Positions 39,601 through 52,165 of a stretch of DNA of 64,000 nucleotides are shown here, in pieces. Made by a program: the position numbers and the translations under genes. The stretch is from positions 8,552,688 through 8,616,687 of the forward strand of contig NC_057720.1 in the NCBI RefSeq assembly GCF_004010195.1. The letters are read 5' to 3'. The notes beneath the pieces are model-generated. The model saw nothing but the letters and a program-made list of their open reading frames with translations. It had not been told where the DNA came from and did not search any database. The number at the start of each line of letters is the position of its first letter. Position 1 is the first letter of the stretch. The stretch comes from Chiloscyllium plagiosum (Eukaryota).

Positions 39601-39689
39601 CTTTATCACCCATGTTGGAATAATAAAAGGTATTTTTACCCCATGCTATTGAAGAATGTCATGGGTGGGAATTCGGGAATTAGGAAGGT

Positions 39690-40265
39690 TATGGCATGGT
39701 GATATTATCACTAAACTATTAATCCAAAGGCCTGGGTTCAACTCCTGCCACAGCAGATGGTGGAACTTGAATTCAATACAATATCTGGAATTCAATGTCT
39801 AATGACGACCATGAAATAATTGTCAATTGTTGGAAAAAAACCCCACCTGGTCACGAATGTCCTTGAGGGAAGGAAACCGTTGTCATTACCTGGTCTGTCC
39901 CACATGTTACTCCAGACCCACAGCAATGTGGTTGACTCTTAACTGCCCTCTGGGCAATAAGGGATGGATAATAAGTAAATTACCAGCCAGTAAAATAACT
40001 CCACAACGGCTGATATTCCATCACCAAGTCATCCTTTAGTTACATGTGGACAGTCCTTGACACTGCCCCAACTCCCTCAGAACCAACTCCTAGAGTGAAC
40101 AGAAACCTCTGACACTCCTGTTTATATCTGTCAGCCAGGGCTCCCTGATTGGGCCAGATCAACAGTCCCCAATTAGGGAACTCATATACTATGTGTCCAC
40201 CTGGCTGATCTCATTACAATTACTCTCGCCAGTAATGCCCATATCCCATGAAGGAATTTTAAAAA
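39690..40265 (+). mobile_element. tRNA-derived SINE interrupted by a short solo-LTR-like element (~39978-40225, antisense)
   Basis: B-box gggttcaactcc. Body shared with 39290-39625 and with antisense copies near 26350, 37900 and 43600. The insert has tgtaatgag.. and a TATA-like motif on the minus strand. Confidence 0.6.
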
Positions 40266-41985
40266 CGGAACCAAACTTACATTCCTAAAGCCAAACATGG
40301 GGCTGCAGAAATTAGGTCTCAAACCTGCATTTGTTGCTGTGTCTCTGTGGATTTCTTACTGGAGGCTCTTTGTTCAGTCATAATGCCCTACTGTTTGCGA
40401 CAATCTCCCTCAGTGGTTTCCCTTCAGCAACCAATTAAAATGCATCTTACTTTGAGCATCATTTTGCAAACCCTTCATCCTCTTGTTTCTTCCATGTGCT
40501 CTCCTCAATGCTGAGCATTCCGAGACATTTCACTCAGAGTTAGCAATGCTCAAGTTGTCAAAGTCGTTATCGGTTAATGGGAGTCACTTATCTTCATGAG
40601 CTGAAGCAGCTCCTTCACCAATGATATCAAAGCAGAATATGCCAAGTGACACTTTGTCACTTTCATCTTGATGCTCACCCTCTGCATTAAAATCGCTGAA
40701 TGAAGTAATTAAGATCCTCTTTTGTAATATGACTTATCTCGTTTTGCAGCTGACTGTACAAATCCTGCTCACCTATTGCTCCCTGATCAACGTCAGCAAG
40801 TCCACAAGTGATACAAATCTCACTGTCTGAGCAAGCCTTCTGTCTTAATAATCAAAACTCAGAATTAAATTGTATTATAGCTCCTTTAATTACTTTCCTC
40901 AGCATTAATGCCCATGCTATTCGAAGATTATTATAATTTCCACCATAATACTTAAGCCTTAAGAACCCAAAGTCAAACATATCATTGACAAGGTCATGTG
41001 GCATTGAAATTGGAAGGTATGATATTATTGTACGAACGCTGAATGAATTTGCTTGTAATTTCTTGGTGTCTGCAGTTTTAGTCAGGTCATCCTTCCCTTT
41101 ACCTTCATAACATCATTACAGAATGTCACACTCGGATATTGTACTAATGTACTGTATTCTCTGTTAATGCAATGTAAATCAACTTGAGTTCCATCTCATG
41201 ACCCAGATTTTCAACTCTATTTCTCTCTCCATGTTTGTTGCTAGACCTGCTGAGTGTATTCAGCATTTTCCATTGAATGTTTTACATTATATTTGGGTTT
41301 TGCCTACCCTGGCTTTTGCATAAAGGATCTAGCATTGTATGTTCACCCAGGTTAAATATTTTCTGTTTGATAGCTAATGTTTGGTATTGATCACTGATTA
41401 AATTAACTGAGCTCATTGTTCAGACTCAGTAATGGAAAACTATACTACTTATACACCGGTGGAGATCCCAGTGGTTAAAATGAATGGATTTAGCATTGAC
41501 CACTTGTCTCTTTCGAGTCAATCTGGCTCCTGAAGTGTCATGTGATCTAAAAGCTACATGGTTTGTAGCAAATTAACAAACAACAAATGGATCAAAGCTC
41601 AACGTTCTTCTCCAGTTCCAACATTCTGCTCTGCAGACCAATAGTCCAATACAACAACTGTGCTTTTCCCATTAAAGCCATAAACTGCGTTGCCTTACAG
41701 TTAGTAAGGTCCATGTTTTGGACCAAGTAACAGTGTCCTCTTTCTATCAAAAGTAACTAAAGCTTCAAACAGCAGTGAGAATGGCATCTAAGAAAGAATC
41801 GATGCACTGTATTGAAATGGATGGGGAAGAATGGGACCTGAAACAAAATACTTGCTGGCACTCTGAAAGGCTACCAGCATTTTAAACAAAAACAGAAATT
41901 GCTAGAGAAACTCAGCTGGTCTGGCAACTTCTGTGTAATTGAAGCCGAGTTAACATTTTAGGCCCAGTGACCCTTCTTTTTTTTA

Positions 41986-42385
41986 AAGATTAGATTACCT
42001 ACAGTATGGAAACAGGCCCTTCAGCCCGAAACGTCAATTCTCCTGTTCCTTTGATGCTGCGTTTTTCCAGCAACACATTTTTAAGCTCTGATCTCCAGCA
42101 TCTGCAGTCCTCACTTTATTCAGCCCAACAAGTCTACACCAACCCTCTGAAGAGTAACCCACCCAGACCCATTCCCCTACCTAATGTGCCTAACACTATG
42201 GGCAATTTAGCATGGCCAATTCACCTGGCCTATGCATGTCTGGATTATGGGAAAAAAACCAGAGCACACTCATACACACACACAGGGAGAACGTGCAAAC
42301 TTCACCCAGACAATCACCCAGGGGTGGAATGGGACGCAGGTCCCTAGCACTGTGAGGCAGCAGTGCTAACCACTGAGCCACCATG
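41986..42385 (-). mobile_element. HE1-type V-SINE with a family A insertion (42028-42118)
   Basis: Antisense HE1. The insert is flanked by TSD ttcagccc at 42020-42027 and 42119-42126. Confidence 0.85.
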
Positions 42386-42606
42386 TCACTCTTCAGCAGA
42401 AGGCATTCTCCAGTGGTTTCTGCTTTTTGTTTTGTTTTTTTCCACCACCCACCATTCTTTGTTTCACCAACATTTTAAACTCTCGTGCTTTAGATGTGAG
42501 AAGTTTGAGAAAGTGGTGTGGAGCAACAGAAGTGTGTATGAGACAGTTTGTGTGGATCTGTGAGTGACTGAAAGAGTATCTGAGAGCATGTGCATTTGTA
42601 AAGCAT

Positions 42607-42953
42607 CTTTAAACATAATAAAACATCCCAATGCACTCTGAAGGAATAAAGCCAGATAGAGATGGACCCCAAGCCACACAGGGGATCTTAGGAATGTAAA
42701 TTAATGCCTCAGTCAAGGAGACAAGCTGTAAGGGTCAATACATGGGCGGCACGGTGGCATGTGGGCTGCACGGTGGCACAGTGGTTAGCACTGCTGCCTC
42801 ACAGCGCCAGAGACCCTTTAAACATAATAAAACATCCCAATGCACTCTGAAGGAATAAAGCCAGATAGAGATGGACCCCAAGCCACACAAGGGATCTTGG
42901 GAATGTAAATTAATGCCTCAGTCAAGGAGACAAGCTGTAAGGGTCAATACATG
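42607..42953. repeat. 138-bp direct duplication flanking a 71-bp HE1 SINE head
   Basis: 42607-42744 and 42816-42953 differ at two positions. The SINE 5' fragment lies between them. Confidence 0.9.
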
Positions 42954-43217
42954 TAGAGCTGGAAAAGCACATCAGGTCAGACAGCATCCAAAGAGCAGAA
43001 GTGATTGTCTAGCTATCACCATTGTTAACAGCTAACCTGAGAATGCGACTTTTTAAAAAAAGGTTTTGTGATTTACACATGAAAGAAGTGAAACTATCAT
43101 GGTATTCAAACAGATGAAAGACTTAACAGACAATCACTTTTCCAATGTATAATTTCAGTTACATCACACTGTAAATTTTTGCTATAAATTCTGTGTTAGG
43201 ATTGAGCCCTCCACTAT

Positions 43218-43252
43218 CACCTGATGAAGGAGCAACACTCCGAAAGCTAGTG
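43218..43252 (+). ncRNA. Minimal type I hammerhead ribozyme motif in a family B PLE terminal repeat
   Basis: cac-CTGATGA-a-GGAG-caaca-CTCC-GAAA-gc-TA-gtg: full core, 4-bp stem II, palindromic AGCT at stem/loop III, 3-bp stem I. Confidence 0.7.
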
Positions 43253-43924
43253 TGCTTCCAATTAAATCTGGTGTTGTGTGATTTTTACACCCGTGTCCAA
43301 CACCAACATCTCCAAATCCGAGGAGCAGGAACGTCTACATTTCAGTCCAAAACCCTTCGTCAGGACAGGGGAAAGGTTTTGGCCCAAAACGTTGACCTTC
43401 CTGCTCCTCGGATGCTGTCTGACCTGTTGTACTTTTCCAGCTCTACACGCATTGATTCTGGCTTCAAGCATCTGCAGTCCTTACAGTCTCCAAGTCAGAC
43501 AAGTTGGGAGGGATGACTTAAAGGAAGAGAGAGTGGTACAATTTGAGATAGGCTGCAGGAGGGTGGATCAAATGGTTATTTTTTTTAACCTTGATGGGAC
43601 ATGGGTGTCACTGTCAAATCCAGGATTTGTTGCCCTTTTCTTGAATTGGTTTACCTTCTGGGCCATTTCAGCATGCAGTTCAGAATCAACCACATTTCTA
43701 TGGGTTTGGTGTTACATAGAGGACAGACCAGTTAAGGCAGAGACTTCCTCCCTCAAGGAACAACAAACAATGTAGCATTTTAATTCCTGATTTTATTAAG
43801 CTCAAATTTCTGTCATGATAGGATAGAAATATAGAACATAGGAGCAGGAGTAACATTATTCGGCCAATCGAACCAATTACATCATTCGATCGTGCCCTCT
43901 CCTCATATTCCTTGATCCTTGAAA

Positions 43925-44760
43925 GTGGTGTTCCCCAGAGATCGGTGTTGGGATCCTTTTTTTTCTGATTTTTATAAATGATTTGGAGACGGGTGTTGAG
44001 AGCAAGATATATAATATAGAAATGATACTAAGCAAAGGAGAATAGTGAATTGTGTCGATGATGCTAAGCAACTTTAGAAGGACATTGACAAGTTGGTCAC
44101 ACACCTGGCAGAGGAATTTCAATGCAGGGAAAAGTGAGGGAATGCATGGAGAGACAATACAGGCTCTACGCTGATGAGAGTACAGGGGCAGAGGGACCTC
44201 GGGGTCCATGTGGATTATTCAGGCAAATTGAAGAGTTGTTAAAAAGACTTATAGGATCCTTGTATTTATAAATAGAGGTGTAGAATATAAATGCAAGGAA
44301 GTGATGGCTACACCTTGACAAATCACTGGCCAGACCACATTGAGAGAATTATGTTCAGTTCAGGGCAACTTATTTAAGGAAGGATGTTAAAGCCATGGAG
44401 AAAGTTCAAAGGATATTTTCTAGAATGATACCAGGAATGATGGATTTTAGATAGAAGGAAAGATTAGAGAGATTGGGCTTGTTCTCCCTGGACCAAAGAA
44501 GGTTAAGAGGTGACCTTATTGAAGTGTTCAAAGTTATGAACAATTTGACAGGGTAACGATGGATATTCTGTTTCCACTGGTCAGGAATGAGGGAACACCA
44601 TTTCAAGATTGTCAGCAAGAGAGCTAGGAGTGAGATGAAAAGAAAACTTCTTTACTCAGAGAGTTGTTAGGATTTGGAATATGCTGCCAGGGAGAGTGAT
44701 GGGGGCGGATTCCATAGGAGGTTTCAGTGGCCAGTTGGCTATGTATTTTGATGTATGTTT
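43925..44760 (+). mobile_element. Old CR1 LINE RT fragment
   Basis: SGVPQRSVLG..LIFINDL motif (agtggtgttccccagagatcggtgttggga..tttataaatgatttgga) and the downstream RLRGDLIEVFK motif. Confidence 0.8.
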
Positions 44761-44879
44761 TGATCTCCCAGATAATGACAGAACAGAAGCACAGTGTGTG
44801 AGCTTCTGCCCAGAGCTCGTCCACTCTCCGTCCACTTTAACATTTTTTTTTCCTCCTTCATAGCTTTTAAAAAAATTGC

Positions 44880-45215
44880 TTTAATCTACTTACTTTCTGT
44901 GGATAGATCGAACCAGCACAGAGAACAGTGACAGAGCACGTGGAACAGTGAGACAGCTAATCCAACACAGAGGAGAGTGAGCCCAGAGTGGGGGAGATTG
45001 AACCCTTGTGGACAATGCAATGCCAGCTTGCTTAAGCACTTAAGAAGGACTTTAATGTTGAACTTGTAACTGTATTTCTTGTTTTTCTACTTTTGTACCT
45101 AACACTTTGCACTACGGTACCTTTGTATCTCAGATGGCACCAGGAATTATGACATTGTTTACCTTTCACTGTTCTCCTGTATCCCTATACCGGAGTACAT
45201 GTGACAATAACATAT
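44880..45215 (+). mobile_element. Non-coding element with Rex1-type 3' tail
   Basis: Ends ttcactgttctcctgt..gagtacatgtgacaataa. Its 3' ~150 bp resemble 59150-59285. Confidence 0.55.
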
Positions 45216-45904
45216 CATTCTCATTTTAATTGGAAGTAGTGAATTTAGAGGACTATGGAGATCGAGTTGGACTGTGGGACTAGCTGGGTAGTTCTTTATA
45301 TCAACAAATGTGAAGCTGGAAGAGCACAGCAGATCAAACAGCATCTGAGCAGCAGAAAAGTCAACTTTTTGGGCCAAAATCCTTCATCAGTCCTAACAAG
45401 GGTTTCAGCCATAAACGTTGATTGTCCTGCTCCTTGGATGCTGTCTGACCTGTTGTGCTTTTCCAACTTCACATCTATTGACTCTGACTTCCAGCATCCT
45501 GCAGTCCATAATGTCTCCTTGTTCTTTTGAGTGCCAGTACTGACACAGTGGGTCGAATGGCCTCCTTCTGTACTAGGAGAAAGTGAGGGCTGCAGCTGCT
45601 GGAGATCAGAGTCGAGGGTGTGGTGTTGGAACATTGGTTCCCCTGCTCCTTGGATGCTGCCTGACTGGCTGTGCTTTTCCAGCGCCACACTCTCCACTTC
45701 TTATTTACTGCACGGTTTTATCATTCTATGGTTCCATTCTTTAGCCACAAGGGCTGTATCTACCTCTTTCTTGAAAACATGGCATGTTTGTCTTCAGCCA
45801 CTTCCTGTTGTAGTGAATTCCAGAGGCTCACCACTCCCTGGGGGAAGACATCTCTGTCCCCTTATCTTTAAACTGTAGGCACAGAATATCAGCTGGGGAC
45901 TCTG

Positions 45905-46350
45905 GATTACACTTCAACTCCTCCTCCCTCTCTGCCAAGGACATGCAGATCCTGGGCCTCCTCCATCACCACACCCCTCACCACCCGATGCCTGGAGGAA
46001 GAATGCTTCATCTTCCACCTCAGGACCCTCCAACCCCATGACATCAATGTGGACTTCACCAGTTTCCTCGTTTCCCCTCCCCCCACCTTATCCCAGTTCC
46101 AACTTTCCAACTCAGCACCACCCTCATGACCTGGCCTACCTGTCCATCTTCCTTTCCACCTATCCGCTCCACTCTCTTCTCTGTCCTATCACCATTACCC
46201 CCACTTCTCAGCTACCTTCCCCCCAGCCCCAATCCCCTCCCAGTTATCTCACCATCCCTTCGGCTCACAGCCTCATTCCTAATGAAGGGCTTTTGCCTGA
46301 AACATCGATTCTCTTGCTCCTCGGATGTGCTTTTCCAGCACCACACTCTG
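45905..46350 (+). mobile_element. Penelope-like element 3' fragment (GIY-YIG C-terminus + family A terminal repeat)
   Basis: HFNSSSLSAKDMQILGL..LEEECFIFHLRTLQPHDINVDF, then a pyrimidine-rich UTR and a degenerate HHR. Confidence 0.85.
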
Positions 46351-46524
46351 GATTACAAGCCCATTGGCATTGCCACTGTGCCACCATTTCTCAGGGGCAG
46401 TTAAAGACATAGCCACCAGTGGTAGAAAAAGGGAAGTGGAGAGACTGAAGCTGTGCAACAAGGCCAGAAATAAAGAGATCCAGAATTCTCAAAGAGCTGA
46501 ATCAGCTGAATTAAATTTTAGGAG

Positions 46525-47130
46525 CAAATTACTGCAGATGCTGGAATCTTGACCATAAATAAAACAAACACTGGAAATCAGAGTGGGCCAGGCGGCATTT
46601 GTGGAGAGAGAGCAAGCTAACGTTTTGAGTCCAGATGACTCTTCATCAGAGATGAAGGAAAGTGTGGAGGGGGCAGCACTTATGTAATACTAGGGGAATG
46701 AAGTGCAGCGGGTGAAAGGGTGTTCATGGTGCAGATTAAGTAATTGGAATGGGAGAATGGCCGAACAATGGTGTATCTAACTACCAGACTGGAAAGAACA
46801 GACAGTCCCACTGGGGTCAGGGGAAGGGAGAGAGGGCATGGTGACAGGGAATATAACAAGAAAAGCTAAAAGAAAGGGAAGGACTGGGAGTGAGTGCAAG
46901 ATCTGAAGGTGCTGAACTCAATATTATGTCCAGAAGGTTGGAAAGTGCCTAGACTGAAGATGAGGTGTTGTTCCTCCATTTTGCCCTGTGCTTCACTGGA
47001 GCATTGCAGCATGCCAAGGACAGACATGTGGGCATGCGAGCAGGATGCTGTGTTAAAATGACCGGCTGTGGGAAGGTCAAGGTCATGCTTGTGCATGGGC
47101 CAAAGGTGTTCTGCAAAGCGGTCACCCAGC
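46525..47130 (-). mobile_element. Penelope-like element 3' fragment (family C)
   Basis: ORF 46866-47096: AGHFNTASCSHAHMSVLG..EEQHLIFSLGTFQPSGHNIEF. Minus-strand ctgatgaagagtcatctggactcaaaacgtt. Confidence 0.85.
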
Positions 47131-47399
47131 TAACAAATTCCAAACTTTGACAAGATTAGAGTGGTGCTGGCAAAGCACAGCAGGTCTGAGGAGCAGGAAA
47201 ATCGACATTTCGGGCAAAAGCCCTTCATCAGGAATCAGGAAATTCCAAACTGTGCCTTACAGGTGACACTGAGCACTCATGGAGAACAGTAGATTGAAGC
47301 CAGATTCTGTCTTTTTCCAGCATTCGAATGTCCACTTATCAGCAAGGGTCAACAGCTGGTGAGTTTTCAACTCCTTCATCCAGAATCCAAACTTATCAG

Positions 47400-48069
47400 A
47401 GCTGAAAAATGTGTTGCTGGAAGAGCGCAGCAGGTCAGGCAGCATCCAGGGAACAGGAGAATCGACGTTTCGGGCATAAGCCCTTCTTCAGGAATGAGGA
47501 GGGTGTGCCAAGCAGACTAAGATAAAAGGTAGGGAGGAGGGACTTGGGGGAGAGGCGTTGGGAATGTGATAGGTGGAAGGAGGTCAAGGTGAGGGTGATA
47601 GGCNNNNNNNNNNNNNNNNNNNNNNNNNNNNNNNNNNNNNNNNNNNNNNNNNNNNNNNNNNNNNNNNNNNNNNNNNNNNNNNNNNNNNNNNNNNNNNNNN
47701 NNNNNNNNNNNNNNNNNNNNNNNNNNNNNNNNNNNNNNNNNNNNNNNNNNNNNNNNNTCCCAACCCTCGGACTCAGCACTGCCTTCTTGACCTGCAATCT
47801 TCTTCCCAACCTCTCCGCCCCCACTCCCTCTCTGGTCTATCACCCTCACCTTAACCTCCTTCCACCTATCACATTCCCAACGCCTCTCCCCCAAGTTCCT
47901 CCTCCCTACCTTTTATCTTAGTCTGCTTGGCACACCCTCCTCATTCCTGAAGAAGGGCTTATGCCCGAAACGTCGATTCTCCTGTTCCTTGGATGCTGCC
48001 TGACTTGCTGCGTTTTTCCAGCAACACATTTTTCAGCTCTGAGCTCCAGCATCTGCAGTCCTCACTTCC
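47400..48069. mobile_element. Large palindromic family A insertion containing an assembly gap (47604-47757)
   Basis: Inverted arms of more than 200 bp. 14-bp TSD tccaaacttatcag at 47386-47399 and 48070-48083. Confidence 0.9.
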
Positions 48070-49629
48070 TCCAAACTTATCAGCCCTACCATCATGCTAG
48101 GATGAGTTAATTCTGAGCAGACCAGGGATTGTAGCTGGGAAGCTGGTGGTCTGTGTTGCCCAAGCAGAGCCAGAGTTATAAATGTCCGGTCTAATCACAC
48201 ACAAGGCTGTCAATATCCTGTTTGGGTAATTGTCCGTTTGCTTGTCTCATCAGTTCGACACGTAATGTTTATAATGTTAACAGGAAAAGATAACTATTGT
48301 CTACAAAGCTCCCTCCCTGATATTCCATTAAAAATAATGACTTGTGAAGCCTAGAGTTCCATTGATATTAAGAGTGTCACACCCACAGCTTATACACCAA
48401 CAATATCTCAACTGTTGGGAGACTGTGCCATTGTGTAATTGCTGTTCAACAAAGCGAAAGGGATTTCAAAGACAACTAATCCTCCCCAGCAAGACACTTA
48501 TTTACGATTCTGCTAGTCTTGAGTAGTTTACCAATGGAGAGAGGCCTGAGACTCCACTGGATTGAGTAGGTTGGTTGATAGAGGATATTTTATTTTTCAA
48601 GTAGTTGTGATTAAAGTAGGATGAGTGCTCTCCAGCCTTATCATTCCACTATTCACAACAGACGTAACAGCACACGAACAAGATCCAGGGGGTTCTATTA
48701 TCAAATTGAAGGACTGAAATCATTGAGTTGAACTGAATGTCGAGTCCTTAAGACTATAAAGTGCCGAAGTAGAAAATGAAGTGCTGTTCCACCCGCTTAT
48801 GTTGATCTTCATTAGGGCATAGCAGCAGACCCAGGGCAGAAATAACAGTATGGGAACTAGAAGGTGTATCAGAATAGTGAGCAACTATCAGGTCACAGTC
48901 GCTCTCATGGATGGAGCAGAAGTGTTCCGCAAAGTGGTCACCCGGCCTGTGTCTTGTTTTATCGAATTTTAGTGATTATTTTGTTATGGTTAAGAGAGAC
49001 CTCTGTCTGAAAGAGTCACCATGGGGTCTTTGCAACCACCTGAGTTGGAGGCCCCAGTTTAACAGGTCATCTGAACGAAGGCACTGTGCCATTGAAGAAC
49101 TCTGCCAATGCTGCACTGGAGAGACAGCTGAGATTAAGTACTCAAGACTTTGAAGTGGCCGAGAGGTGACAGTGCTGCCAACTGAGCGAAGCAGTCCAAA
49201 TGGCCTGTTTATTTAGTGGAAATCTATTCTGATGTGCTGTAATGAAATATTTTCATTGTCTATAGGCACTGCCAACTTCAGCATCACATTAAGTGGCGTA
49301 TTGCTATTGAAAGGCAGTAAACTACAATAAACAGTAGTTCTAATAAATTCCATTCAATCTATTTCCAGTAGTGATTTTGCAGCAGTTCATGAGAAGGTTT
49401 AATGTAGATTTCTCAAGTGTATTGAAGCATAAAAAATCAGCTATGTACTCTGGAGGAGTGCACTACATAAATGGTTAGTGTAGTGGCTCTTTAGAATAAT
49501 GGTCGCCTTCACATTTATAGGAAGGAACATGTTAGCATATGGACAACAATGTTCTCTTCATGAATAATCCAGATAACAGATGATAAACCATTTAATTAGA
49601 TGGTCAGAGATTCATAGTTATACACTACA

Positions 49630-49995
49630 GACTTCACACAAGCATATAGGCTAATGCCCCAATCAAATATACAGGGAGTGCAGTACTGTCAGAAAATGGA
49701 TTGTTCTCCAATGTCGAATCCAAGGCACTGTCATCTCCTGGAGCTGAATGCAAAAAAAGACCCCATCTCTCTATTTCAAAGGAACACAGTGAACTTCTCC
49801 TGAGACCTGTCATCAATATTTATCTCTCAGCAAATGCCTCTGTAAAAAGAGTATCTGTTCATTTTCACATTGTTGTTTGTGGGAGCATACTTTGAGCATA
49901 TCAGCTTCCACTTTCTGTGCACAGTGACATCAAAGGTACTTCATTGGCTATCAGGAGCAAAGGGACTTCCTGAGGTTTCATGGAAATACTTTTTT
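49630..49995 (+). mobile_element. DeuSINE (SacSINE1/AmnSINE1-like), degenerate
   Basis: Deu-domain-like blocks aagaccccat..ctatttcaaagga, caatatttatctctca, cacattgttgtttgtgggagc. L2-like tail gtacttcattggct. An antisense fragment lies at about 48990-49190. Confidence 0.7.
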
Positions 49996-50168
49996 TTCTG
50001 GAAAAAGGGGACATACCATTGAAACTTTTCTTCCTGTGTTCATCAGGACACCTACAAGAATACCAAATTCCAACAGGAATAACAATGCAAAAAGCAAGCG
50101 TACCAGAGTGCTGATTTATTGATACATGGGCTCTAATTGGTCAAATGCTGCCATAAAGATATCATCAG

Positions 50169-51112
50169 TGTTATGCCACAGTGATAAACCCTGCTGCTAA
50201 TTAAACCAAACACACAGAAAATTTCACCCTCCCTCGTAATCTGTTAAAGTTTAAGTGACAGCGAACTACCCAAGTTCCACTCTAAAAGTAAACATTAAAC
50301 AACAACTATTACAACTCCATGCCTCCTTTCTCTTAAAGGATTGTTATTTGTTTCTCACTCTATAATAAAATTTTGATCCAATAAAAACCCTTATTAAAAT
50401 TATAGCAACTTAATTTTCAAAACCAAACAGCAGCTGTCATCTCCAGTGTCTGTCTTCCACTGTTTGTAAATCTCCCTGGGTTGGCTTCAGTCTTCGGCTG
50501 CAAAGATGTTTCATATGAAAAAGGTACCTTTGATAGAGAGTGTTTTTTGGGCAGTCTCTCAATGGCAGTTGGTGCTCTCACTCTCTCTGGCTAACTCTCA
50601 AAATGCAAGCTTATTTATACCTCAAACATAATTGGTTCAGTGTTATCAAAACAATAAAATTCAAATTTGATTGGGTTCTTGTATCCTGGAGCACAATTTA
50701 AATTGATTGATTAAATTTGAATTATGGTTGAAACAACGGAGGCATCTGGTTGAGAGCCAAATGTTACATCTTTTCAATTTTCCAGTACACTCTGAGACTG
50801 CTAGTCGGTCACATGATAATTGCCGGCAAACTCTCACTGCCAAAACAGCTTTCACTCTCTTTTAAAGATACATCGCTGAAAATGTGTTGCTGGAAAAGTG
50901 CAGCAGGTCAGGCAACATCCAAGGAGCAAGAGTATCGACGTTTCGGGCATGAGCCATTCTTCAGGAATGCCCGAAACGTCGATTCTCCTGCTCCTTGGAT
51001 GCTGTCTGACCTGCTGCGCTTTTCCAGCAACACATTTTCAGCTCTGATCTCCAGCGTCTGCAGTCCTCACTTTCTCCTTAAAGGTACATTACACACCTTC
51101 AACTTTATAACT
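50169..51112 (-). mobile_element. Solo LTR (same family as 53410-55418) with a family A palindrome at 50873-51077
   Basis: tgttatg...ataact termini and perfect TSD tcag at 50165-50168 and 51113-51116. Confidence 0.8.
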
Positions 51113-51596
51113 TCAGGGAACAGTCACCTCAAAGACAAACATAAATTGCTGGAGCAACCCAGCAGGCTTATCAGCACCTGTGGATAGAGAAACAGAGTTA
51201 ACATTTTGAGTCCAGTGACCCTTCTTTAAGAACTGAAGGAGTAGTGAAAAAGAATCACTGAACTTGAATCTTTAATTTTGCTTTCCCTCCACAAATGCTG
51301 CCAGACCTGCTGAGTTCCTCCAGCAATTTCTAGTTTTGCTTGTTTCCAATCTCCATCTTCCACAGTTTTTTGTTTCATTCTAATGTGTTTATATCACGTC
51401 AAAGGCTTTGGGTTTAACTGTGAGAAAAATGCAAGTCGACTCTGATTAATTGCAGCATTCCCTTGGAGACCGGTGTACCACAAGCTTTGGTTCAATTGAA
51501 AAGCACAATGCCTGGGCAAATTCCCTTTGCAGGCGACAAACAAATACAGAAATTGTCAAGAAACTCAGCAGGTCTGGCAATATCAGTGGAGAGAGA

Positions 51597-52165
51597 TGAT
51601 TTGGAGGTGCCGGTGTTGGACTGGTGTGGGCCAAGTTAAAAAGCATGCAACAAGTTTAATTGGAAGCACTCGCTTTCAAGGCACTGCCTCTTCATCAGGT
51701 GGTTGTGGAACAGGACCAGAAGACACAGAATTTATAGCAAAAGGGTTACAGTTTCACAGAGTTGTAATGATATGTTAAAAAAACTTAGATTAAGCCATGC
51801 ATCTTTTAGGATGGGATAAACTGGTTTAGGCTCTTTAATATGTAAATTTGAAAACTCCTTTTAAATTACATTCTCAGGTGGCTTTAGTTCATCTAACAAA
51901 AGGTATTATCTTAGCTCAGACAATGTATTAAAGGTGTGAATTTAAGGTCTGTCCCAATGTTGAGTCAGTTTTCCTTCTAAAGTGGGGCTTCAGAATCCTA
52001 CATGGAGTTATGCAGTTTTTGAGCAAAATAAAATGTATTCTGCAACTACAGATCCACCTCATAAATTTATATGTGTGCGTGTGCAGGGGAGACAGAGTGG
52101 GTGTGTGTATGTGAGTGTGTGCATGTGGGTGTGAGTGCATGTGAAAGACTGTGTGTCGAGAGAGA
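51597..52165 (-). mobile_element. Long family B PLE terminal repeat/3' UTR with (TG)n tract
   Basis: Tail atttggaggtgccggtgttggactgg, antisense HHR (ttcatcagg), and gacacagaattt block shared with 17620 and 43190. Confidence 0.75.

Noticed and set aside
40750..40830. Acceptor gttttgcag followed by LTVQILLTYCSLIN..
   Set aside because: No good donor occurs before the stop codon.
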